From the IMG/VR virus record IMGVR_UViG_3300020595_000167, positions 1-26,503 of that record: DNA of 26,503 nucleotides. One strand, 5' to 3'. Positions 8,081 to 16,918 of the stretch are shown here, one piece after another. A program made the translations under genes and the position numbers. Within the stretch, counting starts at the first letter, position 1; the number at the start of each line of letters is the position of its first letter. The notes beneath the pieces were generated by a model. The model searched no databases. It saw nothing but the letters and a program-made list of their open reading frames with translations, and was not told the DNA's origin. This DNA comes from a virus (lineage: Duplodnaviria; Caudoviricetes).

Positions 8081-9508
8081 CTAAGTGTAAAATTGTTTAC
8101 TTACCAAACCTTGTCTGCCTGTCTCAAAATCATCTACTTCACCTACAATTTTTATAGGTGATTCAAATGAGTCTTTTGCAAGTCTCATTAGGATTGAGTG
8201 ACTATTAGACATGTTTGAAAATGTGTGTCGTAGTGTGGTTATTAAGTATCTACCTTTGTAATATGGATTGATCTCTTCGCCTGTATGGTTTCTACCTTGA
8301 ATAGGCATATCAAACTCTACAATATCTCCACACGAAAGATGTGTCTGTCCAACTACTTGTAAGTTAACTGAAGCACCTTGGTTCAACTCCATTAACTTGG
8401 ATTTTCGTGCCAAAGCAGAATCATGTGATCTGTCGTTTGAGTACAAGAAACCTTCTCCATACTTTGCACCTTCTTGTATGTAAGATGCATCTATATTTAT
8501 ATCATTTGGATGTGCTGAAATAGGCGTAATCATAATTCTTGCATCTGGAAAATCACTTATTTTATTATCCCCATCAATTTTAGAATCTGGAAAAATTGGA
8601 TTGTCTTTAGAAGAACTACCATTAATTCTTTTGTGTTTCTTAAAGTCATCTATATAATTAAAAGTCTGTTTGTTATATTTCTTTTGGAATATATCGTGTT
8701 GTATTAATGTGCCTGCCATCATACCATTTCTATAACTAGTTACAGTATCAGAAATTGCACCTTGTTCAAAACTAGTAACTCTTTTTAATTCTTTTTCGAT
8801 ATTGGGTTGTTTTGAATCATTAGCGTTATTTTGAGTACCAGCTTCAGCAGAGAAAAAAGATTGTTTTATATCTTGGGAATACATACTCTGTAGACTTCTA
8901 AAATGTATGCCTTTAGTATTTTCGTAGAACAAATAGTGTGGTGAATTATCTTCTTGGGATATTGTTTCACCAGCAAGTCTCTGTAAAAAATCATAAGGCC
9001 TTCGATTAGGAACTACTACGTTTCTGATACCCATAGATGGTTCGATAAAAAGATCTCTTTTTGTTCTTATTTCATCCCTTAATACTTTTTCTGCAATCTC
9101 TGAACAAGTTCCAGTGTATGAACTAGATACTCTTATCCTTTGGTTTCTTAGTGCATCTTTTGTTATGACTGATATTTCTGTCATATTTGCTTTACCACCC
9201 ATCTCTTGCTTAGTACCTATTCTGTATACTATAAGTGGTGAGTTTGTAAAATCAATATTCTGTCCAGCACCATCTAGTCCTGGCGTAGTAATTTTCAAAG
9301 TAACATAATCGTGGCCAGTAACAGGCAGATTTAAGTCTAGTGCATTAGTATCGTTAATCATGATACTTCCAGACATTTGTTTTTCAAAAATGTTCTCAAA
9401 CAAATCCACAGATATAATCAATTTACTTATATCTGTTTTATTACCACTAGAAGTATGTAAGACACACTGTTCAACTTTAAATTCACCAGCAAAATTAATT
9501 CCAGCCAT
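8081..9508 (-). CDS. Baseplate hub protein (gp27/gpD-like)
   Basis: Located in baseplate cluster; YLFYEN..GIHFRSL and GDIVEF...GRYLITTLRHTF motifs typical of hub proteins. Confidence 0.65.
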   Translation of the reverse strand: MAGINFAGEFKVEQCVLHTSSGNKTDISKLIISVDLFENIFEKQMSGSIMINDTNALDLNLPVTGHDYVTLKITTPGLDGAGQNIDFTNSPLIVYRIGTKQEMGGKANMTEISVITKDALRNQRIRVSSSYTGTCSEIAEKVLRDEIRTKRDLFIEPSMGIRNVVVPNRRPYDFLQRLAGETISQEDNSPHYLFYENTKGIHFRSLQSMYSQDIKQSFFSAEAGTQNNANDSKQPNIEKELKRVTSFEQGAISDTVTSYRNGMMAGTLIQHDIFQKKYNKQTFNYIDDFKKHKRINGSSSKDNPIFPDSKIDGDNKISDFPDARIMITPISAHPNDINIDASYIQEGAKYGEGFLYSNDRSHDSALARKSKLMELNQGASVNLQVVGQTHLSCGDIVEFDMPIQGRNHTGEEINPYYKGRYLITTLRHTFSNMSNSHSILMRLAKDSFESPIKIVGEVDDFETGRQGLVSKQFYT

Positions 9509-10032
9509 TATATCACCGATTCTTTTATCTTTGTTTTAAATTCATCTACAAAATCTGGCACATATTTGGGATCTAGTAATCTAATACTACGTTTACTATC
9601 TTCAAGTCTCTCTTCATACTGAAAATTAGTTATAGGTGTTGCATTAGGATATGTAACCAAATCATTTACCTCAATCTTTGTTGTAGTGTCACCAGAAGTT
9701 TGTGCTATTTCATAGTGATGTATACCACTTGGATTTGTATACTTATCATTTACATATGCTTGAAATTGTGGGGTAGTCATAGGCCATCCATGATATCTAT
9801 CTGTAACATTATTAATCAATAAAATAACCCAATGTAACTCTGGGTCATCATAAAATTTATCAGCAAGAATTTCTGGTGTATCACCCTCTTTGATATCATA
9901 TGTGTCAAACATTGCTGTGTTAGTAGATACCTTTGACCTTATAGCAACTCTTCTTAACAGATTAGTTACATCTTTTAAATTACCATTACCTTCATTGTCA
10001 TACGGTATTACTGGAAATGAATTAAAATACAT
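9508..10032 (-). CDS. gp53: Baseplate wedge protein gp53 (LysM-like)
   Basis: MYFNSFP, YDIKEGDTPEILADKFYDDPELHWVILLIN and KRSIRLL motifs. Confidence 0.88.
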   Translation of the reverse strand: MYFNSFPVIPYDNEGNGNLKDVTNLLRRVAIRSKVSTNTAMFDTYDIKEGDTPEILADKFYDDPELHWVILLINNVTDRYHGWPMTTPQFQAYVNDKYTNPSGIHHYEIAQTSGDTTTKIEVNDLVTYPNATPITNFQYEERLEDSKRSIRLLDPKYVPDFVDEFKTKIKESVI

Positions 10033-10040
10033 TTGATCTC

Positions 10041-10346
10041 CTAAACTGCAAAACTCTCACCACACCCACACGATGCAGTAGCATTTGGATTAATAACTTT
10101 TAAATAAGAACCACCCAACTCTTTTACATAATCTACAGTACATCCTATGACAAACATTTCTGCTACTGGGTCAAGGACTAAACAATCCTCATATGGTTTA
10201 CTCCATTTTACATCAGGCCAGTTTTTCTTATAATCCCAGACATATTGGAAGCCAGAACAACCACCACCATTGACTCCAAGGGTGATGTAGTCATCATTTC
10301 TAATACTATTTAAATATTCTTTTGCATTATCTGTAAGTTGTATCAT
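10041..10346 (-). CDS. iscA: A-type Fe-S cluster carrier (IscA/SufA/HesB family)
   Basis: GGGCSGFQY and NPNATASCGCGESF signature motifs. Confidence 0.95.
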   Translation of the reverse strand: MIQLTDNAKEYLNSIRNDDYITLGVNGGGCSGFQYVWDYKKNWPDVKWSKPYEDCLVLDPVAEMFVIGCTVDYVKELGGSYLKVINPNATASCGCGESFAV

Positions 10347-11539
10347 TAGAATCCTTCGTGTACTCTTTCTCTAGTAATAAGTTCTAGTTCTCTAAAACTT
10401 AGTGTAATACTTGTCTCAACTGGTGGAGCACCATCCTCTTTTGCAGTAAATGTTTTATATCTACTTCCACCTTGTGTTACTTGTAAATCTTCTAATACGC
10501 ATGTAGATATTTTATGTAGGTAATCGTTTTCTTTACCATTGTACATATACTCTATGTCAAATGTATTAGGCATTATCATCTCTCGCCCGTTTCTAACACC
10601 ATCTTTAAACTCTGGCAACATGTTTGATTTAAAAGCAAATATAATTTTGCGTATTTCATCTGATTCTCTGTCATTTCTTGGTATCATCTTAAATGTATAT
10701 GAGAATGCTCTTTTATCAATACCTTTAAATGCAAGTTCCATTCTGTCTGACTGAATATATCCTTCTGCAATCTCAAACGCTTCTCTTGCACCAGACATGC
10801 CAGGCAATGCACCTACCATCGAAAGTGTAGTACCTTTTATACCCTCTTTTAATGCTTGTCCACCTCTATCAACTGCCACTTTCATAGCATTTTCTACACC
10901 CCTTCCAGCCATAACAGCAGAATATACATCCATTGCAGCTCCAACTCCACCACCGATTGGGGTATCGGAATACTGTGACTTATATGATACTTGTACTTGT
11001 GGGGGCATATACAATGCAATTGCTGTATCTAATCTTGTTGTTGGGGGTCTCTTCAAAAATACTGTAGAACCAGAAGCTTTTGGTTTGATGTTTCGGTTTG
11101 GAGGCCCACCAGTAGCAGTAATTGGCATATCAGAGTGTACTTGTTTCTGTAATTCATTTGATTGTTTTGTATCGGTTTTACCAGAACCATCTGGTAGCAT
11201 TTCCTTAATATATGCTGGAATATTTCTGTTCTTCTCTTCTCTCTCCATTTGAGCCGTACCAGATTCTGCCTCTCCAAATTTCAATTTAGCATTTGACTGT
11301 TGGTTGACATAAAAAATCATGTAGTGTCCATGATTACCAAGCCCAGGCGCTGCTGTAACATCTATTGGAAATGAATACATGTTTGGTGATTTTGCTTTTC
11401 GGTTTAGTCCAGCGAAATCAGAACTATCTCCACCTCTACCAGATAAAATACCAGCAAGGCCTGGCAAATTACCAGATACTTTTCGTAATGTTTTTTTAAC
11501 AGTTGAAACTGCTCTTGATCTACTAAAATCTATTGCCAT
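10346..11539 (-). CDS. gp48: Baseplate tail-tube cap gp48
   Basis: IALYMP, FKGIDKRAFSYTFKMIPRN..ES and LSFRELELITR motifs. Confidence 0.85.
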   Translation of the reverse strand: MAIDFSRSRAVSTVKKTLRKVSGNLPGLAGILSGRGGDSSDFAGLNRKAKSPNMYSFPIDVTAAPGLGNHGHYMIFYVNQQSNAKLKFGEAESGTAQMEREEKNRNIPAYIKEMLPDGSGKTDTKQSNELQKQVHSDMPITATGGPPNRNIKPKASGSTVFLKRPPTTRLDTAIALYMPPQVQVSYKSQYSDTPIGGGVGAAMDVYSAVMAGRGVENAMKVAVDRGGQALKEGIKGTTLSMVGALPGMSGAREAFEIAEGYIQSDRMELAFKGIDKRAFSYTFKMIPRNDRESDEIRKIIFAFKSNMLPEFKDGVRNGREMIMPNTFDIEYMYNGKENDYLHKISTCVLEDLQVTQGGSRYKTFTAKEDGAPPVETSITLSFRELELITRERVHEGF

Positions 11540-11571
11540 AGTTACCCCTAAATAATACGGAAGGTTATAAC

Positions 11572-11579
11572 TATTTATA
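11572..11579 (-). promoter_or_regulatory. T4-type late promoter for the gp48-iscA-gp53-hub operon
   Basis: TATAAATA on minus strand in the divergent gap. Confidence 0.75.
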
Positions 11580-12026
11580 ATGGCTTATAAAGGTAAATAC
11601 AAACTAAAGAATACCCACAAGTATATTGGTGATCCCATGAATGTAATATACCGTTCACTTTGGGAGCGTAAGTTCATGGTGTATGCCGATAATAGTGATA
11701 ACATTCTAGAGTGGGGAAGTGAAGAACATATAATTCCATATGTATCTCCGTGGGATGGAAGAAGGCATAGATATTTCCCAGATTTTTATATAAAAGCAAA
11801 ACAGCACGATGGTTCTATTAAGAAGTTTATTATTGAAATTAAACCAAAAGTTCAATGTAGTCCACCAGAAAAGAAACCCAGCAGAAAGACAAAGGCGTGG
11901 TATAATAAAGTAAAAACATGGGGTATCAATCAGGCAAAGTGGAAATATGCAAATGAATATTGTCTGGATAGAAATTGGGAATTTAAAATACTAACAGAAG
12001 ATCATCTAGGAATAAGGTATAAATAG
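11580..12026 (+). CDS. gp4: Head completion nuclease gp4 (TnsA-like)
   Basis: YRSLWERKFM, WGSEE, RYFPDF, EIKP and NQAKW motifs. Confidence 0.93.
   Translation: MAYKGKYKLKNTHKYIGDPMNVIYRSLWERKFMVYADNSDNILEWGSEEHIIPYVSPWDGRRHRYFPDFYIKAKQHDGSIKKFIIEIKPKVQCSPPEKKPSRKTKAWYNKVKTWGINQAKWKYANEYCLDRNWEFKILTEDHLGIRYK
12018..12025 (+). promoter_or_regulatory. T4-type late promoter
   Basis: TATAAATA upstream of gp2. Confidence 0.75.
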
Positions 12027-12055
12027 TAGTATGTATGAATATAGAAGGAAATTAG

Positions 12056-12613
12056 ATGGCAGTTTCTAAGTATATCAAAGCAGTTCAAGCTGCGGCAAAA
12101 GGCCGTCCAAAGTCTACTGAATGGTATAGAGAAAAAATAAAAGAGTTTGGCACACCAACATCTCTGGACTTAATCAGAGATGGTAAAAGGTCAACCAAAC
12201 CACACTTTGGTAGACTGAACATGTTTATCTACTCACCAAGGGATGCCAAGAAGTTACCCTACTATGATACTTTTCCTCTAGTCTTACCGTTAGAACAATA
12301 TAACGATGGGTTTTTAGGTATCAACTTTCACTATCTACCTATACCTCTAAGAATGAGATTACTTGATAGGATTGTAGATTTTAGTAGTAATACACAATTT
12401 GATGAAAACACAGTATTAAATGTCACATATAACAAGGTAAAATCTATAAGATTAATTCGTCCTACTATACATAAATACTTAGCAGGATATACAAGAAGTC
12501 AATTCAGAAGAATTGATGCAGATGAATTAACTATAGCAACTTTACTGCCGGTGCAAAGATTCAAGAAAGCATCAGCAGACGCTGTTTGGTCAGATTCAAG
12601 AAAGATGGTATAA
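12056..12613 (+). CDS. gp2: DNA end protector protein gp2
   Basis: LPYYDTFPLV, GINFHYLP and VWSDSR motifs. Confidence 0.92.
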   Translation: MAVSKYIKAVQAAAKGRPKSTEWYREKIKEFGTPTSLDLIRDGKRSTKPHFGRLNMFIYSPRDAKKLPYYDTFPLVLPLEQYNDGFLGINFHYLPIPLRMRLLDRIVDFSSNTQFDENTVLNVTYNKVKSIRLIRPTIHKYLAGYTRSQFRRIDADELTIATLLPVQRFKKASADAVWSDSRKMV

Positions 12614-13341
12614 TGAGTATTGCAAAAGATATACTAAGACAATTAGGTGTAGTAAGTGATGACATTGAAAGCGCAGCCGCTGGGTTTCGTAATGACGGTG
12701 TTGCACAACCTAATAAGTTTGAAGTTATTCTATCTTGTCCAACTGGAACTAGAGGTTCACAAAGAGGTAATGCATTAGACAATGTATTTTCTCTTCTCAT
12801 GGGGAAAGTTAATAGTGACGGAACAGCAAGAGCAACTGGATTAAGATGTTCACAGATATCCTTCCCAGGCAGGACTCTTGATACTGAAGCAGACACAAAC
12901 ATATATGGCCCAACAAGAGAAATTGTCCAAGGTTATAGTTATCCAGAAATAACAGGCACTTTTCAATGTGGCCCAGATATGAAAGAAAAACAATTATTTG
13001 AGAGTTGGCAGAGACTCGCATATAACCCACAGACTTGGTCTATGGGATACTACGATGACTACGTTGGTAGTGTTACTATATACCAGTTAAACAATTTGAA
13101 CGCCAGAACATATGGCATTGAATTAGTTGAAGCGTTTCCAAAACAAATCGCAGAACAAAGTTTGGATTACGCTCAAAATGACTCCTTTCATACTATAGGT
13201 GTAACATTCTCTTATAGATATTGGAAGTCTTTAAATTCTGAAAGTTCATTGCCTGCACCAATAGAAGAAATGCTTGAATCAATTGGTGTTGACACGGTGA
13301 GAAGGACGAATTTGAAAAACGTAGCATTTACAAGAAGATAA
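12613..13341 (+). CDS. gp54: Baseplate tail-tube junction / tube-like protein (gp54-like)
   Basis: PNKFEV, C.QISFPG, YYDDYVG, L.EAFP and VTFSYRYW motifs; TAATG coupling at 12611-12615. Confidence 0.72.
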   Translation: MSIAKDILRQLGVVSDDIESAAAGFRNDGVAQPNKFEVILSCPTGTRGSQRGNALDNVFSLLMGKVNSDGTARATGLRCSQISFPGRTLDTEADTNIYGPTREIVQGYSYPEITGTFQCGPDMKEKQLFESWQRLAYNPQTWSMGYYDDYVGSVTIYQLNNLNARTYGIELVEAFPKQIAEQSLDYAQNDSFHTIGVTFSYRYWKSLNSESSLPAPIEEMLESIGVDTVRRTNLKNVAFTRR

Positions 13342-13361
13342 TTAATAAAGGATGAATAATT

Positions 13362-14066
13362 ATGGCACTACCAAGACTAGATACCCCTACCTATGAAATA
13401 ACAATTCCTAGTACAGGCGAAACAACAAAATACCGTCCATTCTTAGTCAAAGAACAAAAGGTTCTTATGATGGCACAAGAGAGTGACGATATAGCAAACA
13501 TAGCAAATACAATTAGTGAATTAGTATCATCATGTACAAACGGACAAGTTGATGCAATAGCATCACCAGTATTTGATATAGAATATTTGTTTATGAAAAT
13601 TAGAGCAAAATCGGTTGGTGAGACAGCAAAACTAATTGTAACTTGCCCAGATGATAATGAAACAAAAGTTCCGATTGAGATAAAATTAGATCAAATTGAA
13701 ACTCAAATGTTTGATGATCACACAAATCAAATTAATATAACAGATACAATTAAAATCATAATGCGATATCCTACATTAAAGGATTATGCACAATACTCAA
13801 CACAGAAAGATGCATCTATGATGTTTGAGATGATTAATCATTGTATTGCAGAAATACATTATGATGATAAGATTTACAATAGAGCTGATACATCAGAAAA
13901 AGACATACAAGAGTTTGTAGATCAAATGAATACTGAACAATTTCAAAATGTAGTAAGCTTCTTTGAAACTATGCCTAGACTTAGACATGAGATACAAGTA
14001 ACAAATCCAAAAACTAAAGTTGAGTCTACGGTGCTGTTGGAGGGGCTGCAAAGTTTTTTAGGGTAA
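13362..14066 (+). CDS. gp26: Baseplate hub assembly protein gp26
   Basis: MALP, YRPFLVKEQK, DIEYLFMKIRAKSVGE, FFETMP and LEGLQSF motifs. Confidence 0.9.
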   Translation: MALPRLDTPTYEITIPSTGETTKYRPFLVKEQKVLMMAQESDDIANIANTISELVSSCTNGQVDAIASPVFDIEYLFMKIRAKSVGETAKLIVTCPDDNETKVPIEIKLDQIETQMFDDHTNQINITDTIKIIMRYPTLKDYAQYSTQKDASMMFEMINHCIAEIHYDDKIYNRADTSEKDIQEFVDQMNTEQFQNVVSFFETMPRLRHEIQVTNPKTKVESTVLLEGLQSFLG

Positions 14067-14254
14067 TCCTTTCTCATGATACGCTAGAAAACTATTACAA
14101 AATGAATTTTTCTATGATGCAACATCATAGTTATAGTTTGACAGAGTTAGAAGAAATGTTACCTTGGGAAAGGGAAATATATACGGCATTACTCTCTGAA
14201 TGGATTAAAAAAGAGAATGAAAGAATAGAAAGAGAGAATCAAAGGAATAAATAG
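14054..14254 (+). CDS. gp51-like hub assembly frame; either reached by -1 frameshift from gp26 or started at ATG 14102
   Basis: Open -1 frame: FFRVILSHDTLENYYKMNFSMMQHHSYSLTELEEMLPWEREIYTALLSEWIKKENERIERENQRNK*. MMQHH.YSLTELE.M.PWEREIY is the marine T4-like gp51-like motif. Confidence 0.8.
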   Translation, partial: FFRVILSHDTLENYYKMNFSMMQHHSYSLTELEEMLPWEREIYTALLSEWIKKENERIERENQRNK

Positions 14255-14299
14255 ATATAAAGGAAAATAAAATGGAAGTTAGAATTATAGGGGGAAGTG

Positions 14300-14416
14300 A
14301 TGAAGACCCCTCTAGTAGAACAGTTAAGGAAATGGGTGTTTAGGGCATATATAGTTTGGAGTATATGTGCTGACATTGCTTTACTTAGCGGCATAATCTA
14401 TCTTATCATTACCTAA
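14300..14416 (+). CDS. 38-aa single-TM peptide
   Basis: GGGGGA RBS; MKTPLVEQLRKWVFRAYIVWSICADIALLSGIIYLIIT. Confidence 0.55.
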   Translation: MKTPLVEQLRKWVFRAYIVWSICADIALLSGIIYLIIT

Positions 14417-14430
14417 CGAGAGGAAAATAA

Positions 14431-14760
14431 ATGCCAGAAGAAATTAAAAAAGCAGGATATCACCCAGCAGATAGTAACGGTGATGGTAGTGTTAGTGTAG
14501 ACGAACAAAGAATGTATCTGGAATTTAAAAGAAAAGAATTAGAGGATGCTGATTCGAGGCGTGATGCAATGAGATATATGACATGGTTTGCTTTGATGGG
14601 TATATTCAACTATCCAGCGGCGGTTTTGATTACAGCAATGTTAGGTTATGATACAGCGGCGAATATTATCGGAGATATTGCTCCGACTTACTTCGTTGCC
14701 ACTTCAGCAATTGTTGCCGCATACTTTGGTGCAAATGCATACGCTGATAAAAAGAAATAG
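14431..14760 (+). CDS. Two-TM membrane protein with N-terminal EF-hand-like loop (possible holin)
   Basis: GAGG RBS; DSNGDGSVSVDE loop, two hydrophobic helices, basic KKK tail. Confidence 0.7.
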   Translation: MPEEIKKAGYHPADSNGDGSVSVDEQRMYLEFKRKELEDADSRRDAMRYMTWFALMGIFNYPAAVLITAMLGYDTAANIIGDIAPTYFVATSAIVAAYFGANAYADKKK

Positions 14761-14768
14761 GAAAGTAA

Positions 14769-15026
14769 ATGAGTGATATAAACCAAACTATTAATAATCC
14801 ATATGAAGATGGGAGTGAAGCAGATAGAATTGCTGTAGATTTTAACGAGGAAGGTTTCGTTAAAAATATTACAATTGATGGAGAAGCAGAAGGTATGGGT
14901 GATGTTCAGGCTGGTATAGAGTTTATATATCACATGAGAGAACATCTTCTTGATGTAAGTATTGCAACAGTATATTTATTTACTTGTTATGCAATCTATC
15001 TATGGTTAAAAAAGGTAATTAAGTAA
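14769..15026 (+). CDS. Small acidic protein with C-terminal TM helix
   Basis: Hydrophobic C-terminus followed by KKVIK; TAATG coupling to the next gene. Confidence 0.7.
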   Translation: MSDINQTINNPYEDGSEADRIAVDFNEEGFVKNITIDGEAEGMGDVQAGIEFIYHMREHLLDVSIATVYLFTCYAIYLWLKKVIK

Positions 15027-16918
15027 TGTCTGATAAATTTGATCCACAAATAATTGCAGAACTAAAGAAGCAAAACGAAACTCTAAAAGAAAATGTTAAA
15101 GCGCAAAAGCAAACAGACATAGAAGCAAAAAAATATAGTAAAGAACAAGTCGCAGAGATTAGAGAACTTGCATCTTCTAACAAAAAAGGTGTATCTAAAG
15201 CTGCAAAAGAACAAGCTGCAAATGACATAAAACAACTAGATAATCAGGCAAAACTTCTTGGGATATCAGCAGAAGAATTAACTGCTAGACAAAGAGAAAA
15301 AGATGATATTGAACAACAAAAAGTCGCACTACAAGAAATGAAAGATGCAATAACAGCTGCTGGTGGTAATGCAGATGAGAATCTAGAACTACAGAGAGAA
15401 CAGGCAAACATTGCAAAGCAAGAGGCACGATTAGAGAAAAAGAATAAACTAGGTATCGCTGGTAGAATGAAAGAAGAAGCAAAATCTAGAGCATTATCTA
15501 TGGCAGCAACACTCAAATCTCTAACTAGTTTAGAGGGTATCAAAGATGGTTTAGCAAATATGGGTGGTGGTGTTATAGATATGGCAAAAAAAGGTGGTGG
15601 TGGATTATTGGATATGGTTAAGAAAGGCGCATTAGCGCTTCTACTTCCAGCAATATTTGCATTTGTTAATAGTAAATACTTTGACCAACTAAAAACCTTT
15701 TTAATAGACAAAGTGATACCAGCAGTTATGAAACTTGTTAAGGTATTCAAAGAAGATATTCTTCCAGTAATTATGAAAATAGTAGATTTTTTTGCAAAAG
15801 AAATATACCCAATAGTTGAGGATGTATTCCTTAAACAATGGGAAAACATTAAACAGTTATTTTCATCTATAGGTGATGCATTTAAATTGTTCCAAAAAGG
15901 CGATATTCTTGGTGGTATTAAAAAACTTTTTGGTGGGATTGGAAAGTTTCTACTAAAAACTCTAGACAATGTAATTACTGGTGTTTTCAATATAATCGGT
16001 AAAATATTTGGATTTGAAGGAACAGAATCTATAGGTGGATCTATCAGTAAATTTTTTAGTGACATATACGGCAATATCACTGGGTTCATATCCAAAACTT
16101 GGAATGGTATAAAAGACGGCGCAAAAAATGTATTTAAGAGTGTCACTGGTGTTTTTTCATCAGCGTTTAGTTTTGCAAAAGATAAGGTAACTGCTGGTTG
16201 GAATGGTATTACTAGTTTTGTTAGTGATAAGTTTAAGAACATTATAGGATTCTTCAAAGATTTGTTTACATTTAAACCAGGCGATAGTTTTGCCACTAAG
16301 TTTTTAGATATAATCCTACTACCTTATAATCTTGCAATAAACTTCTTTAGAGATATATTTGGTTTTGGTAAAGATGAACAAGGTAAAACAACACCTTTTA
16401 GTATGGGTAAATTTATTATGGGTATTGTTAATAAAGCTATAGATTTTGTAAAAGGTTTATTTGACTTTAAAGTTCCTAGTATGGGTAAACTAGTTGGTGA
16501 TGCTGGTAATATGATAGGTAATCTTCTAAAGTCTATTCTACCACCCCCAGATTTCTTATCTTTTGATTTACCATCTATGACTTTATTTGGTAAAAAGTTT
16601 GGTGGTGGTGCAGTTAACCTTAACCCTATACCAGATGCAGTTTATAAGTTTGCTGGATTAGATCCAGCAACAGGCTTAGATTTAGTTAATAATGCAAATG
16701 CAGTTGAGGCAGGATCAATTGATCCAGTTGCAGAGGCAGAAAAGAAAAAGTTTATTACTGGTTCAGAACAATTGTCAAATCAAAGAGGTACAACAAATAC
16801 CACTACAGTTATAGATATGACAGATAAATCAGATAAATCGGATAAGCGTACCACCTACACAGGCCAGTCGTTAATGCATAATAACAACTCGCCTGCTGCT
16901 GCAGATGGTTTCTTTTAA
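15026..16918 (+). CDS. Tape-measure-like protein (gp29-like)
   Basis: N-terminal coiled coil, hydrophobic segment, and amphipathic F/W-periodic repeats (TWNGIKDG, AGWNGITSF); downstream of gp26/gp51. Confidence 0.7.
   Translation: MSDKFDPQIIAELKKQNETLKENVKAQKQTDIEAKKYSKEQVAEIRELASSNKKGVSKAAKEQAANDIKQLDNQAKLLGISAEELTARQREKDDIEQQKVALQEMKDAITAAGGNADENLELQREQANIAKQEARLEKKNKLGIAGRMKEEAKSRALSMAATLKSLTSLEGIKDGLANMGGGVIDMAKKGGGGLLDMVKKGALALLLPAIFAFVNSKYFDQLKTFLIDKVIPAVMKLVKVFKEDILPVIMKIVDFFAKEIYPIVEDVFLKQWENIKQLFSSIGDAFKLFQKGDILGGIKKLFGGIGKFLLKTLDNVITGVFNIIGKIFGFEGTESIGGSISKFFSDIYGNITGFISKTWNGIKDGAKNVFKSVTGVFSSAFSFAKDKVTAGWNGITSFVSDKFKNIIGFFKDLFTFKPGDSFATKFLDIILLPYNLAINFFRDIFGFGKDEQGKTTPFSMGKFIMGIVNKAIDFVKGLFDFKVPSMGKLVGDAGNMIGNLLKSILPPPDFLSFDLPSMTLFGKKFGGGAVNLNPIPDAVYKFAGLDPATGLDLVNNANAVEAGSIDPVAEAEKKKFITGSEQLSNQRGTTNTTTVIDMTDKSDKSDKRTTYTGQSLMHNNNSPAAADGFF

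Noticed and set aside
11580-12026. TnsA-like transposase or mobile element
   Set aside because: Sequence and synteny with gp2 and gp48 identify it as head completion protein gp4.
15244-16296. 350-aa antisense ORF
   Set aside because: It is a shadow of the tape-measure-like gene, with no RBS or motif; codon bias of the sense strand explains the lack of stops.
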